From an uncultured Spirochaetota bacterium (GTDB lineage: Bacteria > Spirochaetota > Brevinematia > Brevinematales > JAOACQ01): a stretch of 64,000 nucleotides of DNA. The number at the start of each line of letters is the position of its first letter. Positions within the stretch are counted from its first letter, which is position 1. Positions 17,970-27,899 of this stretch are shown piece after piece. The notes below the pieces were generated by a model. It saw only the letters and a list, made by a program, of their open reading frames with translations, was not told where the DNA came from and did no database searches. Location of the stretch: positions 1,184,001 through 1,248,000 of the forward strand of contig CAVYGN010000001.1 of NCBI GenBank assembly GCA_963768055.1, read 5' to 3'. The position numbers and the translations under genes are program-made.

Positions 17970-20900
17970 ATGGTAAATCATGACGACGTTATAAGAGAAC
18001 TAACGGGATCAAGCGAGTATTTAAGGGCGCTGATATCGAAAAATAACGATATTTATTATGAGTTGGAATCGGCTATCGCTGATTGGAACGATAAAAAGGT
18101 TTTTAAAAGAACCGCATATTATGAAAAATACCAATTTAAGGCATCTTTAAAGGATAATGAAGGCATACTTCTCCAATCAAGATTAATTAAAAACAGGGAA
18201 CTGGCTTTGATAGCTTTAAGGGATTTCTTACATATAAATTCAGTAAGCGATACTCTTACGGATCTTTCAAAACTCGCGGATTTCTGCATCGATTATTCAA
18301 TAAAAAGCCTGCTCAGTTTTTCAGACATTAAAAAAAGCGTTACTTATGAAGTTTTAAAAAGAAATCTTATAATTATCGGAATGGGCAAGCTCGGGGGCAA
18401 CGAACTCAATATAAGTTCAGACATAGATCTTATCTTTCTCGGGAAAGACTCAAGTCTGTCCGATGACGGTATGAGGCATGATATTGAAAACTTCCTTTCA
18501 AGGCTTCTTGATTTTATTTACGCAACTTCCAGCGAAGGATTTTTATATCGAGTCGATATGAGACTCAGGCCGGAGGGCGAAAACGGACCCTTGATCATGG
18601 GAATTCAAAACGCAATCGAATATTACAAAAGCAGGGCCAGGAAGTGGGAACTCCAGGCTATGATAAAAAAAAGACTTGTCTGGGGAAGCGAGGAACTCTA
18701 TCAGGATTTTGCAATCCCCCTTGACAATATTGTGTACCGGCACCATCAGCCCCAGAGTATCATTTACGATATTAAAAAGATCAAGAACGAAATCGAACTA
18801 AATATCCGGCGCAAAAAACTTGCGTTTGAAATAAAACAATCTCCCGGCGGCATAAGGGATATTGAATTTATTATCCAATTTCTCCAGCTTATTCATGGAA
18901 TCCGTTATCCCGAGATAAGGAACTCGAATTCAATATCGGCATTGGCCTCGCTAAATACTTTCCATATAATAACCCCTGACGAATTTACTACTCTGAATAT
19001 CAGTTATATCATCCTGAGGAAGATTGAAAATATACTTCAGCTGAAAAACAATACCCCCGAACATGCCTTGCCGGAAAAAGACAGCGATATCGAGAAACTT
19101 TTCAGATACTGGAAGATCGGCGGATTTGAAAGCGGTTCGGGCAATTATGGCAGGGATTTTAAAAACAGGGTCGCAAAGATTATGACGGATGTGAGAAGTA
19201 TTTTCTCATCCCTGTTCGACGAAACGATCCGTTATCTTGAATTAAAGGACAACCTTATCAAGGAGCATCCGGATATAGATAAAACTCTTCTTGAGGATCA
19301 TTTTCTGAGAATGGACAGCGAATATTTTCTCCGTTTCCAGGAAAATGAAATCTATAATCATATAAAAATGATCTCAAAGCTCGATCTTCAAAATCCCGCC
19401 GAGTTGGAAGCTGAAGAGGCCGGCCAGGGCAAATGGAAAATTACAATTGTAGCTTTTGATTATTATTATGAATTTTCCAAAATCGCGGGCCTGGTCTCCG
19501 CTTATTATTTAAAGATAATCAGCGGAGAATCATTTACATACAGCGATTATACGCCTTCGATAAGCAGTGATCCGGATACTATTTACAGGAGAAAAAAAAA
19601 GAGGATCTATCCCTTTTCCTCTGCAAATAAATCCGAATTACTTATATATAGAAGAAAAATAGTATGTTTTTTATTTGTTGCGCCGCTGGAAGGGCATGTC
19701 CTGGAAGGGTATGCCCCGGAGGGACCTGATTGGGATGCCTTTAAAAAAGAATTTATCCATATACTTAATTTCCTGGAAACTAACAGAATAAGAGAATCGG
19801 AGGAATTTCTCAACAATAAGATCCTGGGACTTATTTCCGGAATTCAATCCGGGGAAACCCTGATGCTTTCACCGGTCGATATAGAGGTGGACAATGATTC
19901 AAGCAGCCAGTATACCATATTGAACATACGTTCGAGAGACAGTTTCGCTTTCCTTTACACTTTTACCAATGTACTTGCCCTCAATAATTATTATATTTTT
20001 AAAATCGAAATAGATACTGTCGATGACAGGGCCTTCGACAGGCTGTTCATTCTCACCAGGGACGGTAAAAAAATACTGGAATCTGAAAAAATTGAAAATC
20101 TTAAAATAGCCGTCGCGCTTATCAAGCAGTATTCAACCTTGCTTCAGAACGCTGTCAACCCGGATAAGGCGCTTCATTATTTCGACGAACTTCTTTCAAA
20201 GGTACTTGAAAGCGGAGGTAAAACGGAATTGCCTATTCTCGGTCAGAATGACGTTCAGAAAAAACTTGCAACCGTTTTCGGGATCGGGGATTATTTTTGG
20301 GAGGATCTTATAAGATTTCAATACACAGATATGCTCCCTATATTGAACGATCCCTCGCTTGAATTACGATTTTCAAGAAGCCTTTTAACGGCCAATTTTA
20401 CAAATAATTATCTTAAAAAAAAACCTGAAGCAGAAGGCCTTGGTGAATTCGGAAAACATTTGAGTGAATGGAAAGATATGGAAATGTTCAGGATCGATCT
20501 CAGGCAGATCCTGAAAAAAATCGATATGATCCAATTTTCACTTGAACTGACTGAATTGGCTGAAGCTGTAATAGAAATAGCCCTTCAAAGGATAAATAAA
20601 GAAATTTTCGGGGTCCATGTTAAAAATATACCTCCCCTGGCCGTATTCGGCCTCGGAAAACTCGGAGGAAGGGAACTCGGATATGCTTCCGATATAGAAA
20701 TTATGTTTATTTATGATGATACCGATATCGGCGGCGACCTGGCCGATATCGATTCGTATTTTGAAAAATTCATTCAAACTTTTCTCAGCGTCATCCGTTC
20801 AAAGAGGGAGGGAATTTTTGAAATCGACCTCAACCTGAGGCCATATGGGAAGTCTTCCAAATTGTCGGTGTCAAAATCGAGCTTCTTTGAATATTTCACC

Positions 20901-21509
20901 GACGGCAAGGCTTATTATTTTGAAAAACAGGCGCTTGTTAAATTAAGGCCTGTTTCGAACGAAAAATCCTCCTTAAAATTAATACAGGAAATAACAGCCC
21001 ACCGCGATAAATTCGTTTACAGCGGGGAAAAGCCTGACATAACAGCGCTCCTGAATTTGAGGGAAAAGCAGATCCGCACATACATTAAGGATCCCGTTCT
21101 TACAAATATAAAATATTCTAAGGGGTGTCTCGTAGATATAGAATATCTGGTCCAGACCCTTCAGATTGCATATGGAAAGACTTTTTTATCCCTGAGACTC
21201 GAATCCACGCTCGAGGCTGCGGAGGCCCTCTTCAATACTGGTATAATTAGCGAACAGGTCCGGAACGGATTAACTGAAAGCTATCTTTTTTTCAGGAATC
21301 TGATAAATATTCTCCGAATGGTTAAGGGAAACGCCAAAGATCTGAATGTATACCCGGAATCTTCAATGGAATTCGATTACCTTGTCAGGAGGAGTTATTT
21401 TATCGGCATTATCGAACAGAAATCACCCTCGCTTTTAAAAAACATGATTGAAAAATACAGACAGCAAGTCTTAAATATTTTTAACGATGAAATCGGCAAG
21501 TTAAAATGA
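17970..21509 (+). CDS. glnE: Glutamine synthetase adenylyltransferase/removase GlnE with inserted tandem ACT domains
   Basis: Two NTase domains (GMGKLGGNELNISSDIDL..RVDMRLRPEG; GLGKLGGRELGYASDIE..EIDLNLRPYG), each followed by K..PGGIRDIEF / KYSKGCLVDIEY; central GlnD-like ACT pair. Confidence 0.9.
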   Translation: MVNHDDVIRELTGSSEYLRALISKNNDIYYELESAIADWNDKKVFKRTAYYEKYQFKASLKDNEGILLQSRLIKNRELALIALRDFLHINSVSDTLTDLSKLADFCIDYSIKSLLSFSDIKKSVTYEVLKRNLIIIGMGKLGGNELNISSDIDLIFLGKDSSLSDDGMRHDIENFLSRLLDFIYATSSEGFLYRVDMRLRPEGENGPLIMGIQNAIEYYKSRARKWELQAMIKKRLVWGSEELYQDFAIPLDNIVYRHHQPQSIIYDIKKIKNEIELNIRRKKLAFEIKQSPGGIRDIEFIIQFLQLIHGIRYPEIRNSNSISALASLNTFHIITPDEFTTLNISYIILRKIENILQLKNNTPEHALPEKDSDIEKLFRYWKIGGFESGSGNYGRDFKNRVAKIMTDVRSIFSSLFDETIRYLELKDNLIKEHPDIDKTLLEDHFLRMDSEYFLRFQENEIYNHIKMISKLDLQNPAELEAEEAGQGKWKITIVAFDYYYEFSKIAGLVSAYYLKIISGESFTYSDYTPSISSDPDTIYRRKKKRIYPFSSANKSELLIYRRKIVCFLFVAPLEGHVLEGYAPEGPDWDAFKKEFIHILNFLETNRIRESEEFLNNKILGLISGIQSGETLMLSPVDIEVDNDSSSQYTILNIRSRDSFAFLYTFTNVLALNNYYIFKIEIDTVDDRAFDRLFILTRDGKKILESEKIENLKIAVALIKQYSTLLQNAVNPDKALHYFDELLSKVLESGGKTELPILGQNDVQKKLATVFGIGDYFWEDLIRFQYTDMLPILNDPSLELRFSRSLLTANFTNNYLKKKPEAEGLGEFGKHLSEWKDMEMFRIDLRQILKKIDMIQFSLELTELAEAVIEIALQRINKEIFGVHVKNIPPLAVFGLGKLGGRELGYASDIEIMFIYDDTDIGGDLADIDSYFEKFIQTFLSVIRSKREGIFEIDLNLRPYGKSSKLSVSKSSFFEYFTDGKAYYFEKQALVKLRPVSNEKSSLKLIQEITAHRDKFVYSGEKPDITALLNLREKQIRTYIKDPVLTNIKYSKGCLVDIEYLVQTLQIAYGKTFLSLRLESTLEAAEALFNTGIISEQVRNGLTESYLFFRNLINILRMVKGNAKDLNVYPESSMEFDYLVRRSYFIGIIEQKSPSLLKNMIEKYRQQVLNIFNDEIGKLK

Positions 21510-22397
21510 AATATTCCCGTTTATTTTTTTTATTTTCTTATCGTCGTACATAAGTGAATCCGCTGCCTTCAAAGCGTCTTTAAGGGCCTCCCTGCTAAAA
21601 TCATAAAGCTTGGAAATCCCGAAGGAAAGAGAAAGGCAGTATGGATTTCCTCTTTTATTATACTCGCTGACTTGCTCCCTTATCCGGGATATAACAGCGG
21701 TTTCAAGATTTTCGGACTTACCGGTTATTACAAGTACCGCAAACTCATCTCCTCCCATACGGGCAATAACATCCCATTCCCTGAAAACATTTTTTAAAAA
21801 TAACGCTGTGTCTTTAATAACAGCATCGCCGGTGTCATGACCGAAAGCATCGTTAATCAGCTTGAGATTGTCTATATCGATATAAACTATATGAGTAAAT
21901 AAATTATTCCTTGCGGCAAACTGGTATTGCTTGGCCGCCAATGCATAAAACCCTCTTCGGTTTGATAGTCCTGTAAGTTCGTCAGTTCTGGAGAGCCGGG
22001 AAACCGAGTTGAATAATCTGAAGCGTTCAACCGCATATTTGATCGATTTATTAATATTTTCAGCATTGATCTCGGACTTTACTAAATAATCCTGAGCTCC
22101 GAACCGTATAGAGGTAAGAGCCATCCTCTCATCCCTCAAGCCGGTCAGCACAATAATCGGCACATCGCTTGACAATAATTTTATATTATTGACTGTTTTA
22201 TTTCCCTGGCTGTCGGGCAGTTCTAGATCCAGAATAATCAGCCCTATGTCTTCGTTCAGGACTATTTTCTTCCCCTGCGCCAGGGTTTCCGCTTTAATTA
22301 TCCTGCTGTCTGTGTCCTTTAAGTACTCCTCCAGCAGCCTTGCATCCCCGGGGTTGTCCTCTATGACCAGGATATTGCCGTATTCTGTCGATATCAT
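21501..22397 (-). CDS. Response-regulator diguanylate cyclase (REC-GGDEF)
   Basis: IEDNPGD, ILDLELPD receiver; DELTGLSNRR, I-site RxxD (REWD), RMGGDEF. Confidence 0.93.
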   Translation of the reverse strand: MISTEYGNILVIEDNPGDARLLEEYLKDTDSRIIKAETLAQGKKIVLNEDIGLIILDLELPDSQGNKTVNNIKLLSSDVPIIVLTGLRDERMALTSIRFGAQDYLVKSEINAENINKSIKYAVERFRLFNSVSRLSRTDELTGLSNRRGFYALAAKQYQFAARNNLFTHIVYIDIDNLKLINDAFGHDTGDAVIKDTALFLKNVFREWDVIARMGGDEFAVLVITGKSENLETAVISRIREQVSEYNKRGNPYCLSLSFGISKLYDFSREALKDALKAADSLMYDDKKIKKINGNISF

Positions 22398-23944
22398 CCT
22401 GAACTCCCGGACCCATTTTGGGCCTCCAGTTCAGCGGGAATAGTAAAATAAAAAGTCGATCCTTTTTGCACTTCCGATTCAACCCAGATATTACCCCCAT
22501 GTCTTTCAACTATTTTCTTGCAGATTGAGAGGCCTATGCCGGTTCCCCCGTATTCGGACCTGGGATGAAGGCGCTGGAAGATCACAAATATCTTTTCGAA
22601 GTAAGCCGGATCTATTCCAATACCGTTGTCCTTAACTGAGAACAGCCATTTCCTGCCGCATTTCGATGCTGAAACAGCGATGCATGGTTTTTCACTCCCC
22701 TTGAACTTTATAGAATTTGACACAAGGTTTTCAAAAAGTTGTATAAGCTGCGCCCTGTCATATAAGATCTTCGGGAGACGGCTATGGGTAATTTCTACCC
22801 CGCTCTCCTTAATAGCCACAGCCAGATCTATTTTTATCTCTTCAATGATCTCGTTGCAGTCGATAATTGCAGGAGGATTACCCATAGTAGATATTCTCGA
22901 GTAATCGAGCAAATCGTTAATAAAGTTCTGCATTCTTGTGGCGCCGTCGACGGCAAAATTGATGAATTCGTCCGCATTTTTGTCAAGTTTACCCTTGTAC
23001 CGGTCAGAAAGGAGTTTTGTATAGCTTGCAACCATCCTCAGGGGTTCCTGGAGGTCATGGGAGGCCACATAGGCGAATTGTTCAAGGTCATGATTGGAAC
23101 GCCTCAACTCTTCCTGGGTTTTTTTCAAATCGGAAATTTCATGCAGAACGGAAATTATTTTCATGGGTTCGCCATGTTCATCATAAACGACCCTCGAATT
23201 GATAAGCACAGGATACTTCTTGCCATTTTTATCCATTATCTCTATTTCGAAATTTCTAAAACACCCATCGTTCAAGCATTGAGAAAGGCTTTTAACCATC
23301 CTGACATGTTCCTCTTCATCTATCATTTGAAGCGGCATGCTGCCTATAACTTCCTGTTCATTATAGCCTGTTAATTCAAGGAACGCCCTGTTCACCTGTA
23401 TTATCCTCCCCTGCAGGTCTGTTACTTCAATGGGATCCATCATGCCTTCGATAATTTCGGATGCCGTTTTAAGCGACTTGGCGGTTAATAAGGCCGTTTC
23501 CCTTTCAGCCTGTTCCTTTTTAAGCTCCGTTATGTCGTTAAATACAACCAGGAGGTTCTGGGCGCCATTGATATTGAAAGAGATGAACCGGTTGTTAAGC
23601 CATATATCCTTTCCGGTTTCTGTTGTAATATGGATTTCTCTTTCAGCCTCCTCCCCGGTATTAAGGGTATAATCTTTAGCCTCAATAAACCCTGAATTCT
23701 TCCGGTTTTCAAGAAAGCCGGGAAAACCCTTGCCGATTTTCATCAGGGTCCGATTTGCCGCCACAAGGTTCCCGTTATTATCGTACAATGCTATGCCTAC
23801 CGGAAGAATATCTATTATTTTCTTGTCAAATTCCAGGATATCCTGCCGGGGTTGCAGCGATGAATTATTCTTCAACACTTCAATTTCTCTTTCAAGTTCC
23901 ACGATCTTTTGCTTTAATCTGAAAACATCTTCCTTTTCTTTCAT
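22394..23944 (-). CDS. Cytoplasmic PAS-PAS histidine kinase (Cph1-like kinase core)
   Basis: Two PAS/PAC domains, FAYVASHDLQEPLR, DNGIGI, FQRLH, GTGIGL; ATGA overlap with the REC-GGDEF gene. Confidence 0.93.
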   Translation of the reverse strand: MKEKEDVFRLKQKIVELEREIEVLKNNSSLQPRQDILEFDKKIIDILPVGIALYDNNGNLVAANRTLMKIGKGFPGFLENRKNSGFIEAKDYTLNTGEEAEREIHITTETGKDIWLNNRFISFNINGAQNLLVVFNDITELKKEQAERETALLTAKSLKTASEIIEGMMDPIEVTDLQGRIIQVNRAFLELTGYNEQEVIGSMPLQMIDEEEHVRMVKSLSQCLNDGCFRNFEIEIMDKNGKKYPVLINSRVVYDEHGEPMKIISVLHEISDLKKTQEELRRSNHDLEQFAYVASHDLQEPLRMVASYTKLLSDRYKGKLDKNADEFINFAVDGATRMQNFINDLLDYSRISTMGNPPAIIDCNEIIEEIKIDLAVAIKESGVEITHSRLPKILYDRAQLIQLFENLVSNSIKFKGSEKPCIAVSASKCGRKWLFSVKDNGIGIDPAYFEKIFVIFQRLHPRSEYGGTGIGLSICKKIVERHGGNIWVESEVQKGSTFYFTIPAELEAQNGSGSSG

Positions 23945-24059
23945 TAACGAAACCTTGAGTCAAACAATTGTTTAAGTATTTTCTATTTTAATAGTAATAA
24001 CATTTCACAGGCGAGGCAAATTAATAGGCTTATGCTTTGCGCCCTGCCGGGCGCACCAT

Positions 24060-24091
24060 AAAAAAAACCCGCCCGTTAAAAGGGCGGGTTT
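24060..24091 (-). terminator. Rho-independent terminator of glnA
   Basis: AAACCCGCCC-gttaaaa-GGGCGGGTTT stem, with an A-run at 24060-24067 (U-tract on the minus strand). Confidence 0.85.
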
Positions 24092-24128
24092 GTGAATTTA
24101 AAATCTCGTTAGAAGTCAGAGGTTAGAT

Positions 24129-25547
24129 TTAAATATCGTAGTAGAGGAAAAACTCGTAGGGATGCGGCCTCTGCTGAATAGCCCTGACTTCGTTAACCAT
24201 TTTATATTCTATCCAGGTATCGATCACGTCTTTTGTGAATACATCGCCCTTCAGGAGAAACTCATGGTCGTTTTGAAGGTTGTTTAAAGCCTCTTCGAGC
24301 GAACCTGGAATGTTGCCGACTTTAGACTGTTCTTCCGGAGGAAGATCGTAGATATTTTTATCCATCGGCTCGCCTGGGTCAATCTTATTCTGGATTCCGT
24401 CGAGTCCGGCCAGGAGCATAGCGGAAAACGCAAGGTAAGGGTTACAGCTCGGATCGGGTGTCCTGAATTCAAGCCGTTTTGACGCAGGGTTTGTAGAATA
24501 CATTGGAATTCTTACGGCAGCGCTTCTATTCCTTGCCGAATATGCCAGTTTGATTGGTGCTTCGAAGCCGGGAACAAGCCTCTTATAAGAATTCATAGTA
24601 GGACAGGTAATGGCGACAAGGGAATTAGCGTGCTTTAAAATTCCGCCGATATACCAGAGTCCTTCCTGCGAAAATCCGGCATATTTATTACCAGCAAAGA
24701 GGTTTTTACCGCCCTTCCAGATACTCTGATGGCAATGCATACCGCTTCCATTATCGCCGAAGAGAGGCTTGGGCATGAATGTAACGGTCTTGCAGTTGTT
24801 GACGGCTACGCTCTTCGTAACGTATTTATAAAATAGAACCTGGTCGGCCATTTTCACGAGATCGGTATACCTCATATCTATTTCAGCCTGTCCGGCTGTT
24901 GCGACTTCATGATGGTGCGCTTCGATGCGGATTCCGACTTTTTCAAGCATCTGCACCATTTCACTTCGGATGTCCATAAGAGAATCGGAGGGAGGAACCG
25001 GGAAATATCCTTCTTTATGCCTGATCTTATAACCCTTGTTCCCGCATTCTTCTACCCTGCCTGTATTCCATACGCCTTCATCGGAATCGATGTAATAATA
25101 GCCCTCTTTCGCATTCTGGCCGTATCTTATATCATCGAATATGAAGAATTCAAGCTCCGGGCCAATATAAATAGTGTCTCCTATTCCGGTGCTTTTTAAA
25201 TAATTGACCGCTTTTTTAGCGATATGCCTCGGATCTCTTGTGTATTCCTGGAGGGTGATGGGATCCTTGATATCCGCTATCATTATCAAAGTGGGATACT
25301 GTGAGAACGGATCGATTACAGCAGTAGTCGGGTCAGCCATTAAAAGCATATCGGATTCGTTAATCCCCTGCCAGCCTCGGATGGAAGAACCGTCAAATCC
25401 TAATCCTTCCTCAAAAGGACTTTCGTCCTTGAATTCTGAAACAGGATAAGTACAGTGCTGCCACATACCCGGAAAATCCATGAAACGCAAATCTACCTGA
25501 ACGATACCTTCTTTTTTTATCAGGTCCAATACTCCTTTAGCGTCCAT
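24129..25547 (-). CDS. glnA: Glutamine synthetase type I (GSI-beta)
   Basis: [50 protein letters not shown]; adenylylation loop [10 protein letters not shown]. Confidence 0.98.
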   Translation of the reverse strand: MDAKGVLDLIKKEGIVQVDLRFMDFPGMWQHCTYPVSEFKDESPFEEGLGFDGSSIRGWQGINESDMLLMADPTTAVIDPFSQYPTLIMIADIKDPITLQEYTRDPRHIAKKAVNYLKSTGIGDTIYIGPELEFFIFDDIRYGQNAKEGYYYIDSDEGVWNTGRVEECGNKGYKIRHKEGYFPVPPSDSLMDIRSEMVQMLEKVGIRIEAHHHEVATAGQAEIDMRYTDLVKMADQVLFYKYVTKSVAVNNCKTVTFMPKPLFGDNGSGMHCHQSIWKGGKNLFAGNKYAGFSQEGLWYIGGILKHANSLVAITCPTMNSYKRLVPGFEAPIKLAYSARNRSAAVRIPMYSTNPASKRLEFRTPDPSCNPYLAFSAMLLAGLDGIQNKIDPGEPMDKNIYDLPPEEQSKVGNIPGSLEEALNNLQNDHEFLLKGDVFTKDVIDTWIEYKMVNEVRAIQQRPHPYEFFLYYDI

Positions 25548-25590
25548 ATATATACCTCCTTAATTTTATGCGAAACGCTGTCTTTTAGAG

Positions 25591-25606
25591 AGCAATTATT
25601 GTTCCA
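25591..25606 (-). promoter_or_regulatory. Sigma54 (-24/-12) promoter of glnA
   Basis: Minus strand TGGAACAATAATTGCT = GG-N10-GC, about 45 nt upstream of the glnA ATG. Confidence 0.8.
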
Positions 25607-25747
25607 TAATTTTAACTTTTTAGGATACTTCCACACAAGCAGGTAACCCTAACGGACACAGGTACCCTGCGGGCACAGGCAATTATTATAATTAACTAAA
25701 ATTAAATTACAACTTTTATTAAATAATTTCTTGAGGGTTAAATTTAT

Positions 25748-25776
25748 TTGCTTATATTTTACTCAACACTTATAAT
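25748..25776 (+). promoter_or_regulatory. Sigma70-type promoter of the enhancer-binding protein gene
   Basis: TTGCTT-17 nt-TATAAT. Confidence 0.6.
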
Positions 25777-25810
25777 AATGATTAAATAATAATCATATCA
25801 AGGAATAAGT

Positions 25811-27886
25811 ATGGACAATAATTACACTAAGGAACTTGAGGAAAAGATAAAACGGTTAAAACTTATCCAATATCTCACAATAGCTATGAACGAGACTTCC
25901 GATTCCCAGGAACTTTTAAAAATAATGCTTGATAAATGCATAGCTATTACGGGCGCTGACAGCGGTTCAATTATGATAAAAGACCCCGGTTCCAGGCACC
26001 TGCGTTACGAGGCGTTTAAGGGGCTTGACGAGGATATGGTCTTCCGGACCCCGATCGAAGTGGGTGAAGGCCTCACAGGAACTGTGTTTCAGGATGGAAT
26101 TCCCAGGCTTGTCAGTGATGTAAGTATCGATCCGGTCTATATTTCTGTACGGAAGGATATACGGTCGGAACTGGCAGTCCCGCTCTCAGTACAGGGAAAA
26201 ATAATAGGTGTTGTTAATGTTGACAGCGCTAAGATAGGTGCTTTTACCGAGGGCGACATGGAATTTCTGCAGACAATATCCAACCAGGCCGCCCAGATAC
26301 TTGTCAGAACAAACCTGAACCATCAACTTGAAAGTAAAATAAAATTCAAGGATATTCTTCTGGATATATCCCAGAGTATTGAAAAGATCTTCGAATTGTC
26401 GGATTCATTTGAAATCGTGATGAAAAAACTGGCTGACAGCTTTGGAATTTACAGGGGAATGCTCGTTCTCTTCGAGAAGAACGAACCGAATAAGCTTTCG
26501 ATATATAACGCCTACAATATTACAGACGAAGAAATGTCCCGAGGTATTTACAAAGTAGGCGAAGGAGTCGTAGGCAAGGTCGTCGAAACCGGCAAGGCCC
26601 TTTCAATTAAAGATATCAATAAAGACGATTCATATCTCAACAGGCTTCAAATCAAGCGCGATAAAAATGTCCCGATCTCTTTTATAGCAGTTCCGATAAA
26701 AATCGAGGGGATAGTAGTAGGCGTTCTCGCTGTCGAAAAATACTTTGAAAATGAGAACACTTTAAACGACGAGGAAGACATGATGATCCTTGTGGCAAAT
26801 ATCATAGCAAATAAAGTCAAATCGTGGGAAAGAATATATAAAGACAAAGAGAATCTCATCGCTGAAAATACTATTCTAAAAAAAGAGCTTTTCAAGAATT
26901 TCGCAATCGACAATATTATCGGTAAAAACAAGCAAATGATAGCGGTTTTCGAACTTATTAAAACCGTGTCCGACAGCAATTCATCTATTTTGATCCTAGG
27001 TGAAAGCGGTACAGGTAAAGAACTTGTCGCCCAGGCCCTGCATGTCGGAAGCGGAAGAAAGGATTCCCCCTTTGTAAGCATCAACTGCGCATCGATCCCT
27101 GAAAATCTTCTCGAGTCCGAACTCTTCGGATATAAAAAAGGGGCTTTTACCGGTGCGATATCCGATAAAAAGGGGAAATTTCAATTGGCTAACGGGGGGA
27201 CAATATTCCTCGATGAAATCGGCGATATGCCCCTTTATCTTCAGGCAAAACTTTTAAGGGCTATACAGGAAAGGGAAATCGAACCCCTCGGCAGCGAGGC
27301 CAAAATAAAAATAGATATCAGGATCATTTCGGCAACCAACAAGGAGCTTGATAAATTGATAAAGGACGGAAAATTCAGGAAAGACCTTTATTACCGCCTC
27401 AATGTAATCGAAATCCAGATACCCCCTCTGAGGAGCAGAAAAGACGATATCCCGCTTCTTGTAAACCATTTTATCAAAAAGTATTCAACCCGGGACAACA
27501 AAAATGTGTATGGCATCTCGCAGGAATCTTTAAGGCTCCTCCAGTCTTATAACTGGCCGGGCAATATCAGGGAACTTGAAAATGTAATTGAAAGAGCGGT
27601 TCTCCTCTGCCGGTCTCAGACTATTGAGGTTGTGAACCTCCCGTCATTTCTCATGGATATAGAAGAAGTGCCTGATATTCATATAAGCAAATGGATAGAA
27701 GGCTTTGTTAAAAATCCGGCCTGCAACGGGAAACTTTATGAAAGGATTATAGGCCATATTGAAAAGGAGCTTATTTCAAGGTCTCTTATATTCAACAATC
27801 GAAACAAGGTCAAGACCTCGGACTTTCTCGGCATCAACAGGAATACCCTTAGAAGCAAGATGGAAGAGTATAATATCAAAATATAA
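25811..27886 (+). CDS. Sigma54-dependent activator, GAF-GAF-AAA+-Fis-HTH (NifA-like)
   Basis: Two GAF domains (GEGLTG; RGIYKVGEGVVG), GESGTGKE, ESELFG, GAFTGA, FLDEIG, WPGNIREL, LGINRNTL; no receiver domain. Confidence 0.93.
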   Translation: MDNNYTKELEEKIKRLKLIQYLTIAMNETSDSQELLKIMLDKCIAITGADSGSIMIKDPGSRHLRYEAFKGLDEDMVFRTPIEVGEGLTGTVFQDGIPRLVSDVSIDPVYISVRKDIRSELAVPLSVQGKIIGVVNVDSAKIGAFTEGDMEFLQTISNQAAQILVRTNLNHQLESKIKFKDILLDISQSIEKIFELSDSFEIVMKKLADSFGIYRGMLVLFEKNEPNKLSIYNAYNITDEEMSRGIYKVGEGVVGKVVETGKALSIKDINKDDSYLNRLQIKRDKNVPISFIAVPIKIEGIVVGVLAVEKYFENENTLNDEEDMMILVANIIANKVKSWERIYKDKENLIAENTILKKELFKNFAIDNIIGKNKQMIAVFELIKTVSDSNSSILILGESGTGKELVAQALHVGSGRKDSPFVSINCASIPENLLESELFGYKKGAFTGAISDKKGKFQLANGGTIFLDEIGDMPLYLQAKLLRAIQEREIEPLGSEAKIKIDIRIISATNKELDKLIKDGKFRKDLYYRLNVIEIQIPPLRSRKDDIPLLVNHFIKKYSTRDNKNVYGISQESLRLLQSYNWPGNIRELENVIERAVLLCRSQTIEVVNLPSFLMDIEEVPDIHISKWIEGFVKNPACNGKLYERIIGHIEKELISRSLIFNNRNKVKTSDFLGINRNTLRSKMEEYNIKI

Positions 27887-27899
27887 TTATCAGGGCCTT

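Noticed and set aside
22784..23374. 196-aa plus-strand ORF
   Set aside because: Antisense to the conserved PAS kinase; no recognisable features
25811..27886. Calling the activator nifA and inferring nitrogen fixation
   Set aside because: It has an extra GAF domain and no nif genes are in the window; only family-level similarity is supported
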